DNA of 64,000 bases. It comes from Bacteroidota bacterium. Its GTDB lineage: Bacteria; Bacteroidota; Bacteroidia; Bacteroidales; JAHJDW01. Below, piece after piece: positions 9,677 through 18,802 of the stretch. Within the stretch, counting starts at the first letter, position 1, and every line of letters starts with the position of its first letter. The stretch covers positions 19 through 64,018 of the forward strand of contig JBAXGW010000018.1 in NCBI GenBank assembly GCA_037139195.1. Direction: 5' to 3'. The position numbers and the translations under genes are program-made. The notes beneath the pieces are model-generated. The model was not told the DNA's origin. It saw nothing but the letters and a program-made list of their open reading frames with translations, and did not search any database.

Positions 9677-10981
9677 ATGAAATACATATTGTTTTGCTTA
9701 TTTATAATTTTCGCATCTGCACTTAATGCTCAGAACGATACTTTAACCACATATTATTCAAATTATTGGAAGCCAATAAAAAAATCAGAAGCTCGTTTCT
9801 ATCGAAAATCAATTAAAGTAGATAGCCTCTATTTTGCTATAGATTTTAAAATCAACAAACAGATATTAAAAAAGGGTTTTTACACCTCTGATTCCTACGA
9901 AGTTAAAGAGGGTCCATTTAGTTATTATTACGAAAATGGGCAAAAAATGAGCGAAGGAAATTATAGCAAAAACAAACAAATTGGCGTATGGGAAAAATGG
10001 TATTCAAATGGCAATAAGCAATTTGAAGGAGAATACATCGACTTGCTGAAAAATGGAAACTGGACATATTGGGATAATGATGGAAAAATATTAGCAACGA
10101 TTTCTTACGTTAATGATAAAAAAAATGGCAAATGGAATTCATGGTATGCTAATGGTAAAAAGGAACAGGAAGGCATTTATAATGAAAACAATAAAGAAGG
10201 CTTATGGACAACTTGGTATAAGAATGGAAGTATTGATTCCATTGGAAAATATTCTAATGGCAAAAGAGACAGTTTATGGGCATGGTATTTTGAAAATAAA
10301 ACAAAAGAATCAGAAGGTTTATATGTAAATGGAGAGAAACAAGGTTTATGGAAAACTTGGTTCGAAAATGGAGCAATCGATAGCGAAATTAAATATGTTC
10401 TTGGGAAAAAAGATGGCTTAAGCACAAGTTATTTTGAAAATAAGACAAAAGAATCGGAAGGATTATTTGTAAATGGCGAAAAACAAGGCTTATGGAAAAC
10501 CTGGTTCGAAAGTGGAGCAATTGATAGCGAAGTTAAATATATTAATGGGAAAAAAGATAGTGTGTGTTCTTGGTTCTATGAAAATGGAATAGCGAGTGCA
10601 AAAGGAAACTTTAAAAATGATGCTCCTGAAACAATTTCTCTTTATAATGAAGATAGTACCGTGTCAAATGTAGAATTTAAAGAAGAAGTAAAGCCTTCAT
10701 ATAAAGGAGGAGATGAAGCTATGTTTAGATTCTTGGCAGAGAATATCAGATACCCCGAAGAAGCTAAGGAAAATGGTATTAGTGGAAAAGTATTTGTGTC
10801 GTTTACAATTGATAAAGATGGATCAATTGCAGATATTACAATTGTTAAATCCCCACATCCTTCTTTAAGTAAAGAGGCCATAAGAGTTATTAAATTAATG
10901 CCAAAATGGATTCCTGGTGAAGTATATAACAGAAAAATTAAAACTACTTTTACCTTACCAGTAGCCTTTCAACTTCAATAA
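9677..10981 (+). CDS. secreted MORN/YwqK-type repeat protein with a TonB-like C-terminal domain
   Basis: Signal peptide, about 10 repeats of G.W..W..NG....EG.Y..G...G, and a C-terminal TonB_C-like block (PSYKGGDEAMFRFLAENIRYPEEAKENGISGKVFVSFTIDKDGSI). Confidence 0.65.
   Translation: MKYILFCLFIIFASALNAQNDTLTTYYSNYWKPIKKSEARFYRKSIKVDSLYFAIDFKINKQILKKGFYTSDSYEVKEGPFSYYYENGQKMSEGNYSKNKQIGVWEKWYSNGNKQFEGEYIDLLKNGNWTYWDNDGKILATISYVNDKKNGKWNSWYANGKKEQEGIYNENNKEGLWTTWYKNGSIDSIGKYSNGKRDSLWAWYFENKTKESEGLYVNGEKQGLWKTWFENGAIDSEIKYVLGKKDGLSTSYFENKTKESEGLFVNGEKQGLWKTWFESGAIDSEVKYINGKKDSVCSWFYENGIASAKGNFKNDAPETISLYNEDSTVSNVEFKEEVKPSYKGGDEAMFRFLAENIRYPEEAKENGISGKVFVSFTIDKDGSIADITIVKSPHPSLSKEAIRVIKLMPKWIPGEVYNRKIKTTFTLPVAFQLQ
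10286..10573 (+). repeat. recent in-frame tandem duplication (2 x 144 bp) inside the MORN-repeat gene
   Basis: 10286-10429 and 10430-10573 encode YFENKTKESEGL(Y/F)VNGEKQGLWKTWFE(N/S)GAIDSE(I/V)KY... and show high nucleotide identity. Confidence 0.8.
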
Positions 10982-11103
10982 ACTTCGTAAAGCTAATGGG
11001 GGAAGCTATTTAAGTCTGTATTTCAACATTAATTAATTCTCTCTTATTTCACTTCTAAACAACCTCCATATTTTTACAAAGTAGACACTTCATTCTAAAA
11101 TAG

Positions 11104-11292
11104 AAAGACTACGTTTTAATATAAAAAGACTAATTTATTAAATTAAGGTTTGTCATTTTACAATTAAGATATAAACATATACATAAAAAAGACTGAATTT
11201 TGTAATTAAGATACTGCATTTTAAATAAAATATACTACAATTTAATATTAAAAGACTGCATTTTAAATTAAAAAGACAAATACTTTGCAACT
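11104..11292 (+). repeat. nine tandem, exactly phased 21-bp repeats (iteron- or operator-like array)
   Basis: Units start at 11104, 11125, 11146, 11167, 11188, 11209, 11230, 11251 and 11272. Consensus is about AAAGACTgCATTTTAAatta. The best copies are aaagactgcattttaaattaa (11251) and agatactgcattttaaataaa (11209). The last unit overlaps the -33 element of the downstream promoter. Confidence 0.8.
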
Positions 11293-11314
11293 AACAATAT
11301 ATTTATTATTTTTG
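11284..11314 (+). promoter_or_regulatory. Bacteroidota sigma-A-type promoter for the HTH gene
   Basis: -33 TTTG at 11284-11287, 19-nt spacer, -7 TAttTTTG at 11307-11314. It lies 33 bp upstream of the ATG at 11347. Confidence 0.5.
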
Positions 11315-11346
11315 CAATAAGTTAAATGTAATTTAATCGCTGTATT

Positions 11347-11703
11347 ATGTTATTCTTCAACTTCAATAGAGTTTTTAAAGCCCGCGGAATAGACAAACCA
11401 TTTAGTTATATTTCAAGCAGAGGCTACTCCAAAGGATTTGCCACCCGCATTGCAAATAGCAGAATAGACAAACTTAATTTGAAAGACATTGAACGTCTAT
11501 GCGAAATGCTACTTTGCACTCCTAACGATTTTATTCAGTGGATTCCCGACTCGAAAGATAAAGATAACGAAAATCATCCTCTATATTCCTTGAAAAGAAC
11601 TACAAAAATTATAGAGCTAACCCAATTACTCAACTCTATTCCACTAGATAAACTCGATAGTATTCATGATTTAATTAATAAAGAAATCACAGATTCAAAA
11701 TAA
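11347..11703 (+). CDS. small helix-turn-helix (XRE/Cro-like) DNA-binding protein
   Basis: 118 aa. The HTH-like segment FATRIANSRIDKLNLKDIERLCEMLLCTPNDFIQW is typical of the small Bacteroidota HTH regulator paralogues. Confidence 0.6.
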   Translation: MLFFNFNRVFKARGIDKPFSYISSRGYSKGFATRIANSRIDKLNLKDIERLCEMLLCTPNDFIQWIPDSKDKDNENHPLYSLKRTTKIIELTQLLNSIPLDKLDSIHDLINKEITDSK

Positions 11704-11769
11704 AATAAATCAATGATGCAACCTTTTAATAATTTCATAAGTCTTGATTAAAACTAACCAAGAAATATT

Positions 11770-12714
11770 ATGAAAAAGTTAAAATTATTTGCAATTACAT
11801 TATCATTTTTGGCTCTTTATACAAGTTGTCGGAAAGACGAGCAGCCAACATCAACAGATGATGCAAAAAAATACACATCAATTGGACAATTCTACGCTGA
11901 ATTTGCACCTAAGCTGCAAACCCATACAATAAACGCTTCAACTGGCGGAACATTTACTACTTCTCAAGGAACAGTGGTAAATATCCCAGCAAATGCATTT
12001 AAAACTCAAAGTGGAAGTGCTGTTACAGGAAATGTTACCATAGAATTCAAAGATATTTACAAAAAAAGCGATATGCTTTTAGCCAATGTTCCAACTACAG
12101 CATATTGGGGTGCACCAATAAAATCGGGTGGCGAATTTTTCATTAAAGCAATACAAGGAAGTCAAGCTTTAGTAATGGCAGCAGGGAAAAAAATTGAAGT
12201 AATTCAACCAATATTAAATGGAATGGCTGCTGACACAGGAATGTTGCCTATGGTAATTATAAACGATTCCACAGGAATGGGTGGTTGGGCTGTTACTGGT
12301 GCAGATACGGTAGTTTTTTCAGCAACAAGCTATATTTTTAATCTTTATGAATTTAACAACCCTGTTGATTCTGGTTCGTGGTGCAATAGCGACAATCCAA
12401 ACTATTTTAACAATTACCAGCAAACTACCTTAACAATGAAACCAACGGATAGTCCTAGCATATACCATACTGATGTATTTCTAGTATTTAAAAATATAAA
12501 TTGTATGGTTCATGTATACAACTATCAAAACGAGTTTCCTTACTATTATGCTCCTATAGGCTTAGAATGCACCGTTGTAGCTCTGGGAGTTAAAGATGGC
12601 AAGTTGTATTCTTCATTTGTTCCAATTACAATTAGTGCTAACCAAATAGTTAATTTTACGCTTACAGAAACAACAGCAACTGATTTCACAAACAAACTTA
12701 ACACCCTAAATTAA
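11770..12714 (+). CDS. lipoprotein, function unknown
   Basis: 314 aa. Signal peptide plus lipobox (LALYTSC). No recognisable catalytic motifs. Confidence 0.5.
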   Translation: MKKLKLFAITLSFLALYTSCRKDEQPTSTDDAKKYTSIGQFYAEFAPKLQTHTINASTGGTFTTSQGTVVNIPANAFKTQSGSAVTGNVTIEFKDIYKKSDMLLANVPTTAYWGAPIKSGGEFFIKAIQGSQALVMAAGKKIEVIQPILNGMAADTGMLPMVIINDSTGMGGWAVTGADTVVFSATSYIFNLYEFNNPVDSGSWCNSDNPNYFNNYQQTTLTMKPTDSPSIYHTDVFLVFKNINCMVHVYNYQNEFPYYYAPIGLECTVVALGVKDGKLYSSFVPITISANQIVNFTLTETTATDFTNKLNTLN

Positions 12715-12939
12715 CAAGTAATTAAAACCCTAAATTTTAGCTCCTTCTGTCATTAAAATGGCGGAGGGAGTTTTTTTATGGAGTAAAACATAGAATTTGA
12801 ATTTTAAAAAAACTTCCAATTTTAATGTATTTCAATCGGAGTCTTCATAATAGTTTTATAAAGCTATGCAATAGAAACTTTCAGAAATTAAGTAATTTAT
12901 TGCTGTGTGTTTTTCAAAATCAGCAGATAGCTATATATT

Positions 12940-13120
12940 GCGTAGCGTGCGTTGGCTTGACGAAACGGGCAGGCATGCGTGGGCGTGAATGGATGATTGA
13001 GTAGCTTTTCGTGCAAAGTTGCGAAGCAATGTCTTTGCCGAAAATCTAACAATCAGGCAGTGCGGGAGGGAATTCGTTTCGTCTTGACTTTTGTTTCTTT
13101 TGTTCAAGCAAAAGAAAGGA
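12940..13120. repeat. GC-rich structured intergenic element (MITE/REP-like or ncRNA candidate)
   Basis: About 180 bp that is far more GC-rich than its surroundings. gacgaaacg (12958-12966) is the inverted partner of cgtttcgtc (13075-13083). The terminal hairpin tttcttttg/caaaagaaa (13094-13117) recurs at 50521-50543. Confidence 0.55.
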
Positions 13121-13276
13121 GTTAAATTCTAATGATTAATTTAAGATAAACGTAGAAAAACAAACAAATAATACTTGTTATTTTATTTTTGGTATAAAAC
13201 CCTCACTAAATTGTCATTCACACTTGGTTATTTTAAAAAAAATAGGTAGGTTTGCAAAAACCTTAAAACTAATAAA

Positions 13277-15004
13277 ATGAAAAAATTATTATGTGTAGTA
13301 TTGTTTGTTGGATTTAGTATTACAGCTAACATTTCATCAGCTTGTACAAATTACCTCGTATCAAAAGGAGCTTCCAAAGATGGCTCAACTTTAATTTCTT
13401 ACGCTGCCGATTCTCATACATTATACGGCGAAATGTATTACCATGCTTCAGCCGATTATCCTGCTGGTACTATGTTAGATATTTACGAATGGGATACCGG
13501 TAAATATTTAGGTAAAATAAAACAAGCTCTTCATACCTATTCTGTTGTTGGAAACATGAACGAAAACCAAGTATCAATTGGAGAAACTACTTATACTGGA
13601 AATGAATCATTACAAGATACTACAGGTATAATTGATTATGGAAGTTTAATTTACATAACATTACAAAGAGCTAAAACAGCTCGTGAAGCGATAAAAATAA
13701 TGTCGGAATTAGTTGCTGAATACGGCTACTACAGTACTGGCGAATCAATGTCGATTGCTGATGCTAATGAAGTGTGGATTTTCGAGATTATTGGAAAAGG
13801 TTCTCCAAAAATCACAAAAGATGCAAAAGGAAAAGTAATGCCAACATCTTACAGCAAAGGTGCTGTTTGGGTTGCAATGAAAGTTCCTGAAGGCTATGTT
13901 TGCGGACATGCAAATCATGCTAGAATAACTACTTTCCCTTTTCAAAAAGTAAACAATTGGTTCGACACTAAACAAGAAGTTTTCCACGCTGCTGATGTTA
14001 TTACTTTTGCAAGAAAAGCTGGTTTAACAAAAGATGTAATTAAAGATGCAGAATTTAGTTTTTCTGATACGTATGCTCCTCTTGATTTTTCAGGTGCTCG
14101 TTTTAGTGAAATCCGTGTATGGACCTTCTTTAATAGCGTAAATAAAGATATGGGCAAATATTGGGAATATGTAAAAGGAAATATTCAAACTGACCCTAGA
14201 ACAGGCTATCCTACAAATCGTATGCCTTTATTTATCAAACCTGATAATAAAGTTTCTGCTCGCGATGTTATGAACAATATGCGCAATCACTTAGAAGGAA
14301 CCGAATTAGATATGACTAAAGATATAGGCGCTGGTCCTTTTGGATGCCCTTATCGTTGGAGACCTCTTACTTGGAAAGTTGGCGAACAAAGTTATGTTAA
14401 TGAAAGAGCTACAGCTACTCAACAAACTGGATTTTCTTTTATTGCACAAGGTCGTTCTTGGTTGCCAAATCCAATTGGAGGAATTTTCTGGTTTGGCGTT
14501 GATGATGCAGCTAGTACCGTTTATTTCCCAATGTATTGCGGTTCAACAAAAGTTCCAGAAACTTTTGCGGTTGGTAATGGCGATATGATGACATTTTCAA
14601 GCACTTCTGCATTTTGGACATTTAATCAAGTTACAAACCTAGCATATACTCGTTATAGTGCAATTCACCCAGAAATTGCTACTAAAATTAATGAATATGA
14701 AACAAAATATGAAGAAAATACCGCAGCAATTGATAAAGAAGCTAGCGAACTTTATAAAGTAAGTCCTGCTAAGGCTGTTGAATTTGTAAATAATTATTCT
14801 GTAACAACAGCAAATAACTTGGTAAATGATTGGCGTAAATTTTATGAGTATTTATTTGTTAAATATATGGATGGTAATATAAAAACAAAAAATCCTAATC
14901 AAAGAAACCCAAATGTTTCGCAACCTGGATACGGACAAGAATTTTACAAACGTATTGCTGATGAAACTGGCGATAAACTTAAACTGAAAGGTGCTGGACA
15001 CTAG
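13277..15004 (+). CDS. secreted C69-family dipeptidase
   Basis: 575 aa. The signal peptide ends at the nucleophile Cys (SSACTNYLVSKGASKDGS), as expected for Ntn-type C69 peptidases. Length and the GGIFWFGVDD block also fit. Confidence 0.75.
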   Translation: MKKLLCVVLFVGFSITANISSACTNYLVSKGASKDGSTLISYAADSHTLYGEMYYHASADYPAGTMLDIYEWDTGKYLGKIKQALHTYSVVGNMNENQVSIGETTYTGNESLQDTTGIIDYGSLIYITLQRAKTAREAIKIMSELVAEYGYYSTGESMSIADANEVWIFEIIGKGSPKITKDAKGKVMPTSYSKGAVWVAMKVPEGYVCGHANHARITTFPFQKVNNWFDTKQEVFHAADVITFARKAGLTKDVIKDAEFSFSDTYAPLDFSGARFSEIRVWTFFNSVNKDMGKYWEYVKGNIQTDPRTGYPTNRMPLFIKPDNKVSARDVMNNMRNHLEGTELDMTKDIGAGPFGCPYRWRPLTWKVGEQSYVNERATATQQTGFSFIAQGRSWLPNPIGGIFWFGVDDAASTVYFPMYCGSTKVPETFAVGNGDMMTFSSTSAFWTFNQVTNLAYTRYSAIHPEIATKINEYETKYEENTAAIDKEASELYKVSPAKAVEFVNNYSVTTANNLVNDWRKFYEYLFVKYMDGNIKTKNPNQRNPNVSQPGYGQEFYKRIADETGDKLKLKGAGH

Positions 15005-15014
15005 AAAATATTAG

Positions 15015-15036
15015 GGCTGAGAAATCAGCCTTTTTT
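15015..15036 (+). terminator. rho-independent terminator
   Basis: ggctga-gaaa-tcagcc followed by tttttt, 11 nt after the stop codon. Confidence 0.7.
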
Positions 15037-15065
15037 CATAAACCCTTTTTTTTAATGACAATAAA

Positions 15066-15851
15066 ATGGAACAAGAAAACTTAAACATCGAAAGTTCTGA
15101 GGTTATTTTAAAGCCATCAGAACCAACAGTAACACTAATTCAAGAAGCCGAAATAACCAAAGGAGCTAAACAAAAGCACTGTGTTTTAATCCATGGATTT
15201 AATCTATCAAGCAGCCCAGGCTCAAAAATGATGGAGAAAATTAAAAATGCAATCAACAGCAACATTGCAACAAGAGGCTGGAACGTATGGACTGTTGATT
15301 ATGACACAAACAAACCTTTTATTTTCGGTGCATTTGATGTAGCTAAAGCATTATATGCAACAGGATACGACTTTTCTACAACTATACTCATTGGATATAG
15401 CATGGGCGGTGTAGTAGCACGTCAAATGGTTGCTAATGGTTTTCCATGCAGCGCATTATTAAGTATGTGTTCTCCTCATGAAGGAACTATGGCATGGTTA
15501 CAAATTCCAGCATTTTTTACTACTCAAGGGGGCCTATCAATCGGCCCAAACAGTCAGGATTTATATAAACTAAACACTAATCCTGCAGATGTAAAGATGC
15601 GTTCGCGATATTATTTCTTTGGCATTTATTTTCAAGATGTTTTAGGAACTCATCAAGACGATATGGTTGTTCCAATTAATAGTGCATTAGGTACTCGCCT
15701 TGGAAATGTTGCTTATCGTCAACAAATACTTGCAAGATACGAAGGATGGCTTGGCGGAGCACCTCCTTTCGATCCTCACATGGCAGGCCTAGAGCCAGAT
15801 ATGTTTCCTCCTTTAGTTCAAACCTGCCTTAATCTGTTTCAACGATTTTAA
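15066..15851 (+). CDS. alpha/beta-hydrolase (lipase/esterase-like)
   Basis: 261 aa. Contains HCVLIHGFN and the nucleophile elbow GYSMGG. No signal peptide. Confidence 0.6.
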   Translation: MEQENLNIESSEVILKPSEPTVTLIQEAEITKGAKQKHCVLIHGFNLSSSPGSKMMEKIKNAINSNIATRGWNVWTVDYDTNKPFIFGAFDVAKALYATGYDFSTTILIGYSMGGVVARQMVANGFPCSALLSMCSPHEGTMAWLQIPAFFTTQGGLSIGPNSQDLYKLNTNPADVKMRSRYYFFGIYFQDVLGTHQDDMVVPINSALGTRLGNVAYRQQILARYEGWLGGAPPFDPHMAGLEPDMFPPLVQTCLNLFQRF

Positions 15852-15867
15852 TAATTAATAATAATGT

Positions 15868-15895
15868 AAGCGTTAATTGTTCTTTTTTAACGCTT
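15868..15895 (+). terminator. hairpin terminator after the hydrolase gene
   Basis: aagcgttaa / ttaacgctt 9-bp stem with a T-rich loop and T-rich tail. Confidence 0.45.
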
Positions 15896-15915
15896 TCATT
15901 TTAACTTTGATTTAT

Positions 15916-16185
15916 ATGATGGGAAATGAAAATATATGCCAGAGTTGCGGAATGCCCCTTTCTAAAGATCCAAATGGAGGCGGAACCAATACAGACAAAA
16001 GCTTAAGCAATAAATATTGTAGTTTTTGCTTTGAAGATGGAGCATTTATTGATTCTTGCTCAAGTGTTCAGGATAAGATAAATAAAAACGTAAAAATTGC
16101 AGTAGAATATTTAGGCATGCCAGAAGAAAAAGCACGTGAAATGGCGAATGCAGTTCTTCCAAATTTAGAAAGGTGGAAAATATAA
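15916..16185 (+). CDS. zinc-ribbon domain protein
   Basis: CQSCGMP...(24 aa)...CSFC forms a four-Cys zinc ribbon. The ATG at 15916 is preferred over the TTG at 15877. Confidence 0.5.
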   Translation: MMGNENICQSCGMPLSKDPNGGGTNTDKSLSNKYCSFCFEDGAFIDSCSSVQDKINKNVKIAVEYLGMPEEKAREMANAVLPNLERWKI

Positions 16186-16359
16186 TTTAATTCTTTTAGT
16201 TTGAGGATAAAAAAAATATTTCAACATTATAATTCAAAGAAATATTTTCGGTATTGAACTTTAAAGTTTTCAACCGCCAATAAGTTCATAAAAATATTAA
16301 ATAGATTGCACTAAAAGGCTTTTTAGCCTGTAATTTTGCACTGTCAAAAAATATTAGTT

Positions 16360-18000
16360 ATGAATAAATTATTTAATCCCAAATTTTTCAGTCTTCTGAA
16401 AAAAGGGTTTACTAAAGACCAAATTCAAAAAGATATTTTAGCAGGAATAATTGTTGGAATCGTAGCATTGCCTCTTGCTATTGCGTTTGCTGTTGCCTCA
16501 GGGGTTTCACCTGAAAAAGGGTTAATTACAGCTGTTATTGCTGGTTTTCTTATCTCATTTCTGGGTGGAAGCCGAGTGCAAATAGGCGGACCAACGGGTG
16601 CGTTCATTGTTATAGTTTTTGGAATTGTTACCACTTATGGTCTTGATGGATTATTAATATCAACAATACTTGCTGGAATTATACTTATCCTATTTGGATT
16701 ATTTAGAATGGGCTCCATCCTTAAGTTTATTCCACATCCATTAATCGTTGGTTTTACCAGCGGAATTGCACTTGTAATTTTTTCAACTCAAATGAAGGAT
16801 GCTTTTGGCTTGCCCAAAGATTTAAAAGTACCTTCTGAATTTATAGAAAAATGGATTACTTATTTTACACACTATAATGAAGTAAATTTTTATGCAATAG
16901 GAATAACAGTACTTACAATTCTTATTACATTATACTCAAGAAAGATAACCACAAAAATTCCAGGTTCATTTTTCGCAATTATTTTGGTAACTCTTGGTGT
17001 TTTTATTCTAAAACTTCCTGTTACAACTATTGAATCTGTATTTGGCGAAATCCCTAGTTCATTTAGCTTTTCATTACCTAGTATCGATTTCAGTAATATT
17101 CATAATTATTTAGCCCCAGCATTCACTATTGCTATGCTAGGTGCCATTGAATCGCTTTTATCAGCAGTTGTTGCGGATGGAATGATTGGCACAAATCATC
17201 GTTCTAACACAGAACTAATTGCACAGGGAATTGCAAATGTTATCACTCCGTTCTTTGGAGGAATTCCTGCAACTGGAGCTATTGCTAGAACTGCAACTAA
17301 CATTAAAAATGGTGGCAGAACCCCAATAGCAGGGATGGTTCATGCTATTACACTTTTATTAATCATGCTTTTCTTTGGAAAATACGCTGTAAAAATTCCA
17401 ATGTCTTGTTTAGCTGGTATTTTAATAGTTGTTGCTTATAATATGAGTGAATGGAAATCGTTTATATCCATTTTTAAAGGCTCAAAATACGATATTGCAG
17501 TTTTGCTTGTTACTTTTTTTCTTACTGTATTAGTAGATTTAACCGTAGCTATTGAAATAGGAATTGTTCTTTCTTCGCTATTATTCATGCATCGCATGTC
17601 GAAACTAAGCGATATTGCACCAAGAGAAAAAGATTTCGATGTCTCGGAGGATTATTCAAAAGTGCCAAAAGGAATTGATATATATGAAATTAGTGGGCCT
17701 TTCTTTTTTGGAGCTGCAAAAAAATACAACGAAACAATTCGAGAAATTAGCTTTACGTCTAAGGTTATTATTATTCGTATGCGTCATGTGCCATTTATCG
17801 ATGCAACTGGAACATACAATTTCAAAGAAGTAATAAAAACGCTTCAAGCAAAAAAGGTTAAAATTATTTTATCAGGAGTAAACCCTGAAGTAAGGGCCGA
17901 ACTTGAAAAGAGTCGAATAGTTTTTATGATCGGAAAAGCAAATATTTTCGACAATTTTGATGCTGCGCTAGGCAAAGCTACTGAAATTGTAAAAGACTAA
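16360..18000 (+). CDS. SulP-family anion (sulfate/bicarbonate) permease with a C-terminal STAS domain
   Basis: About 10-12 TM segments, the SulP signature region (GIIVGIVALPLAIAFAVASG, GIPATGAIARTATN) and a STAS-like tail. The ATG at 16360 is preferred over the TTG at 16336. Confidence 0.85.
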   Translation: MNKLFNPKFFSLLKKGFTKDQIQKDILAGIIVGIVALPLAIAFAVASGVSPEKGLITAVIAGFLISFLGGSRVQIGGPTGAFIVIVFGIVTTYGLDGLLISTILAGIILILFGLFRMGSILKFIPHPLIVGFTSGIALVIFSTQMKDAFGLPKDLKVPSEFIEKWITYFTHYNEVNFYAIGITVLTILITLYSRKITTKIPGSFFAIILVTLGVFILKLPVTTIESVFGEIPSSFSFSLPSIDFSNIHNYLAPAFTIAMLGAIESLLSAVVADGMIGTNHRSNTELIAQGIANVITPFFGGIPATGAIARTATNIKNGGRTPIAGMVHAITLLLIMLFFGKYAVKIPMSCLAGILIVVAYNMSEWKSFISIFKGSKYDIAVLLVTFFLTVLVDLTVAIEIGIVLSSLLFMHRMSKLSDIAPREKDFDVSEDYSKVPKGIDIYEISGPFFFGAAKKYNETIREISFTSKVIIIRMRHVPFIDATGTYNFKEVIKTLQAKKVKIILSGVNPEVRAELEKSRIVFMIGKANIFDNFDAALGKATEIVKD

Positions 18001-18797
18001 AAACTATACAAAATTTGCAAACCTCTGCTACTTGGCAATAAAACAAGGGTATTATTATTTTGTCTTTTTTTGTCGTTATTATAGCAAAATCTTGAAATTG
18101 CATACCCCAAAGCAGCGCCGCTTATCACATCCGACGACCAATGTTTGTTGTCATATACTCTCGACAATTCGACACAAGTTGCTAAACTGTAAGCAGTCCA
18201 TTTAACAAGAGGCATATCATTGTATACGGATGCAATTGAGGTAGCAAGAGAAAAAGCAGTAGAACTATGTCCCGAAACAAACGAATGATGTTGCGAATCT
18301 AATGACGGTCCGCCCCAAATATGAGAGTTTCCATTGCTTTCATAAGGACGAGATCTGTGAGCAGCATATTTTATCATTTGTGTAGTCAGCCCAGTAAATA
18401 TCAGCGATTTGGTAGATGTCAGCGACAAAAATGCAAGCTTTTTATTATGTGTCAAACAAGCAACACCCATTGTTGCCAAAACTGCAGGATATACATAAAA
18501 GGCATTGCCTAAAGGTTGTAACATATATTTTGCAATATTGTTCAATCCATTTTTTCTGTTTTCAATAAATATATTTGTTATTTTTTCATCATATTGGTAT
18601 GCAATCACTCCAGAAGAAACAACTAAACCAAAGGCTAAAATATCTTTTTTATTCCATTTAAAAGGTGCCTTTAACAACAAGTTTGCATCAATGGGTTTGT
18701 TTTGAAAATAGGGTTTAAAAACACTTCCCGAATCTTTCACTTGGCAAAAAGAAGACATAGAAAAAAGAAACAAAATAATACCTACAAAAAGTTTCAT
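17997..18797 (-). CDS. PAP2-family phosphatase (membrane/periplasmic)
   Basis: All three PAP2 motifs are present: KYAAHRSRPY, SFVSGHSS and SRVYDNKHWSSDV. Confidence 0.8.
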   Translation of the reverse strand: MKLFVGIILFLFSMSSFCQVKDSGSVFKPYFQNKPIDANLLLKAPFKWNKKDILAFGLVVSSGVIAYQYDEKITNIFIENRKNGLNNIAKYMLQPLGNAFYVYPAVLATMGVACLTHNKKLAFLSLTSTKSLIFTGLTTQMIKYAAHRSRPYESNGNSHIWGGPSLDSQHHSFVSGHSSTAFSLATSIASVYNDMPLVKWTAYSLATCVELSRVYDNKHWSSDVISGAALGYAISRFCYNNDKKRQNNNTLVLLPSSRGLQILYSF

Positions 18798-18802
18798 AAT
18801 TG

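Noticed and set aside
11104-11292. The 21-bp repeat array as a CRISPR array
   Set aside because: The units are contiguous with no unique spacers, they are too short and AT-rich, and there are no cas genes in the window.
12940-13120. The GC-rich element as a known riboswitch, RNase P, tmRNA, SRP or 6S RNA
   Set aside because: None of the conserved cores I know are present, such as the RNase P GGAAAGTCC, the tmRNA tag ORF or tRNA-like end, the SRP GGAA/AGCA tetraloop motif, or the TPP CTGAGA. Part of the element recurs elsewhere, which fits a dispersed repeat better.
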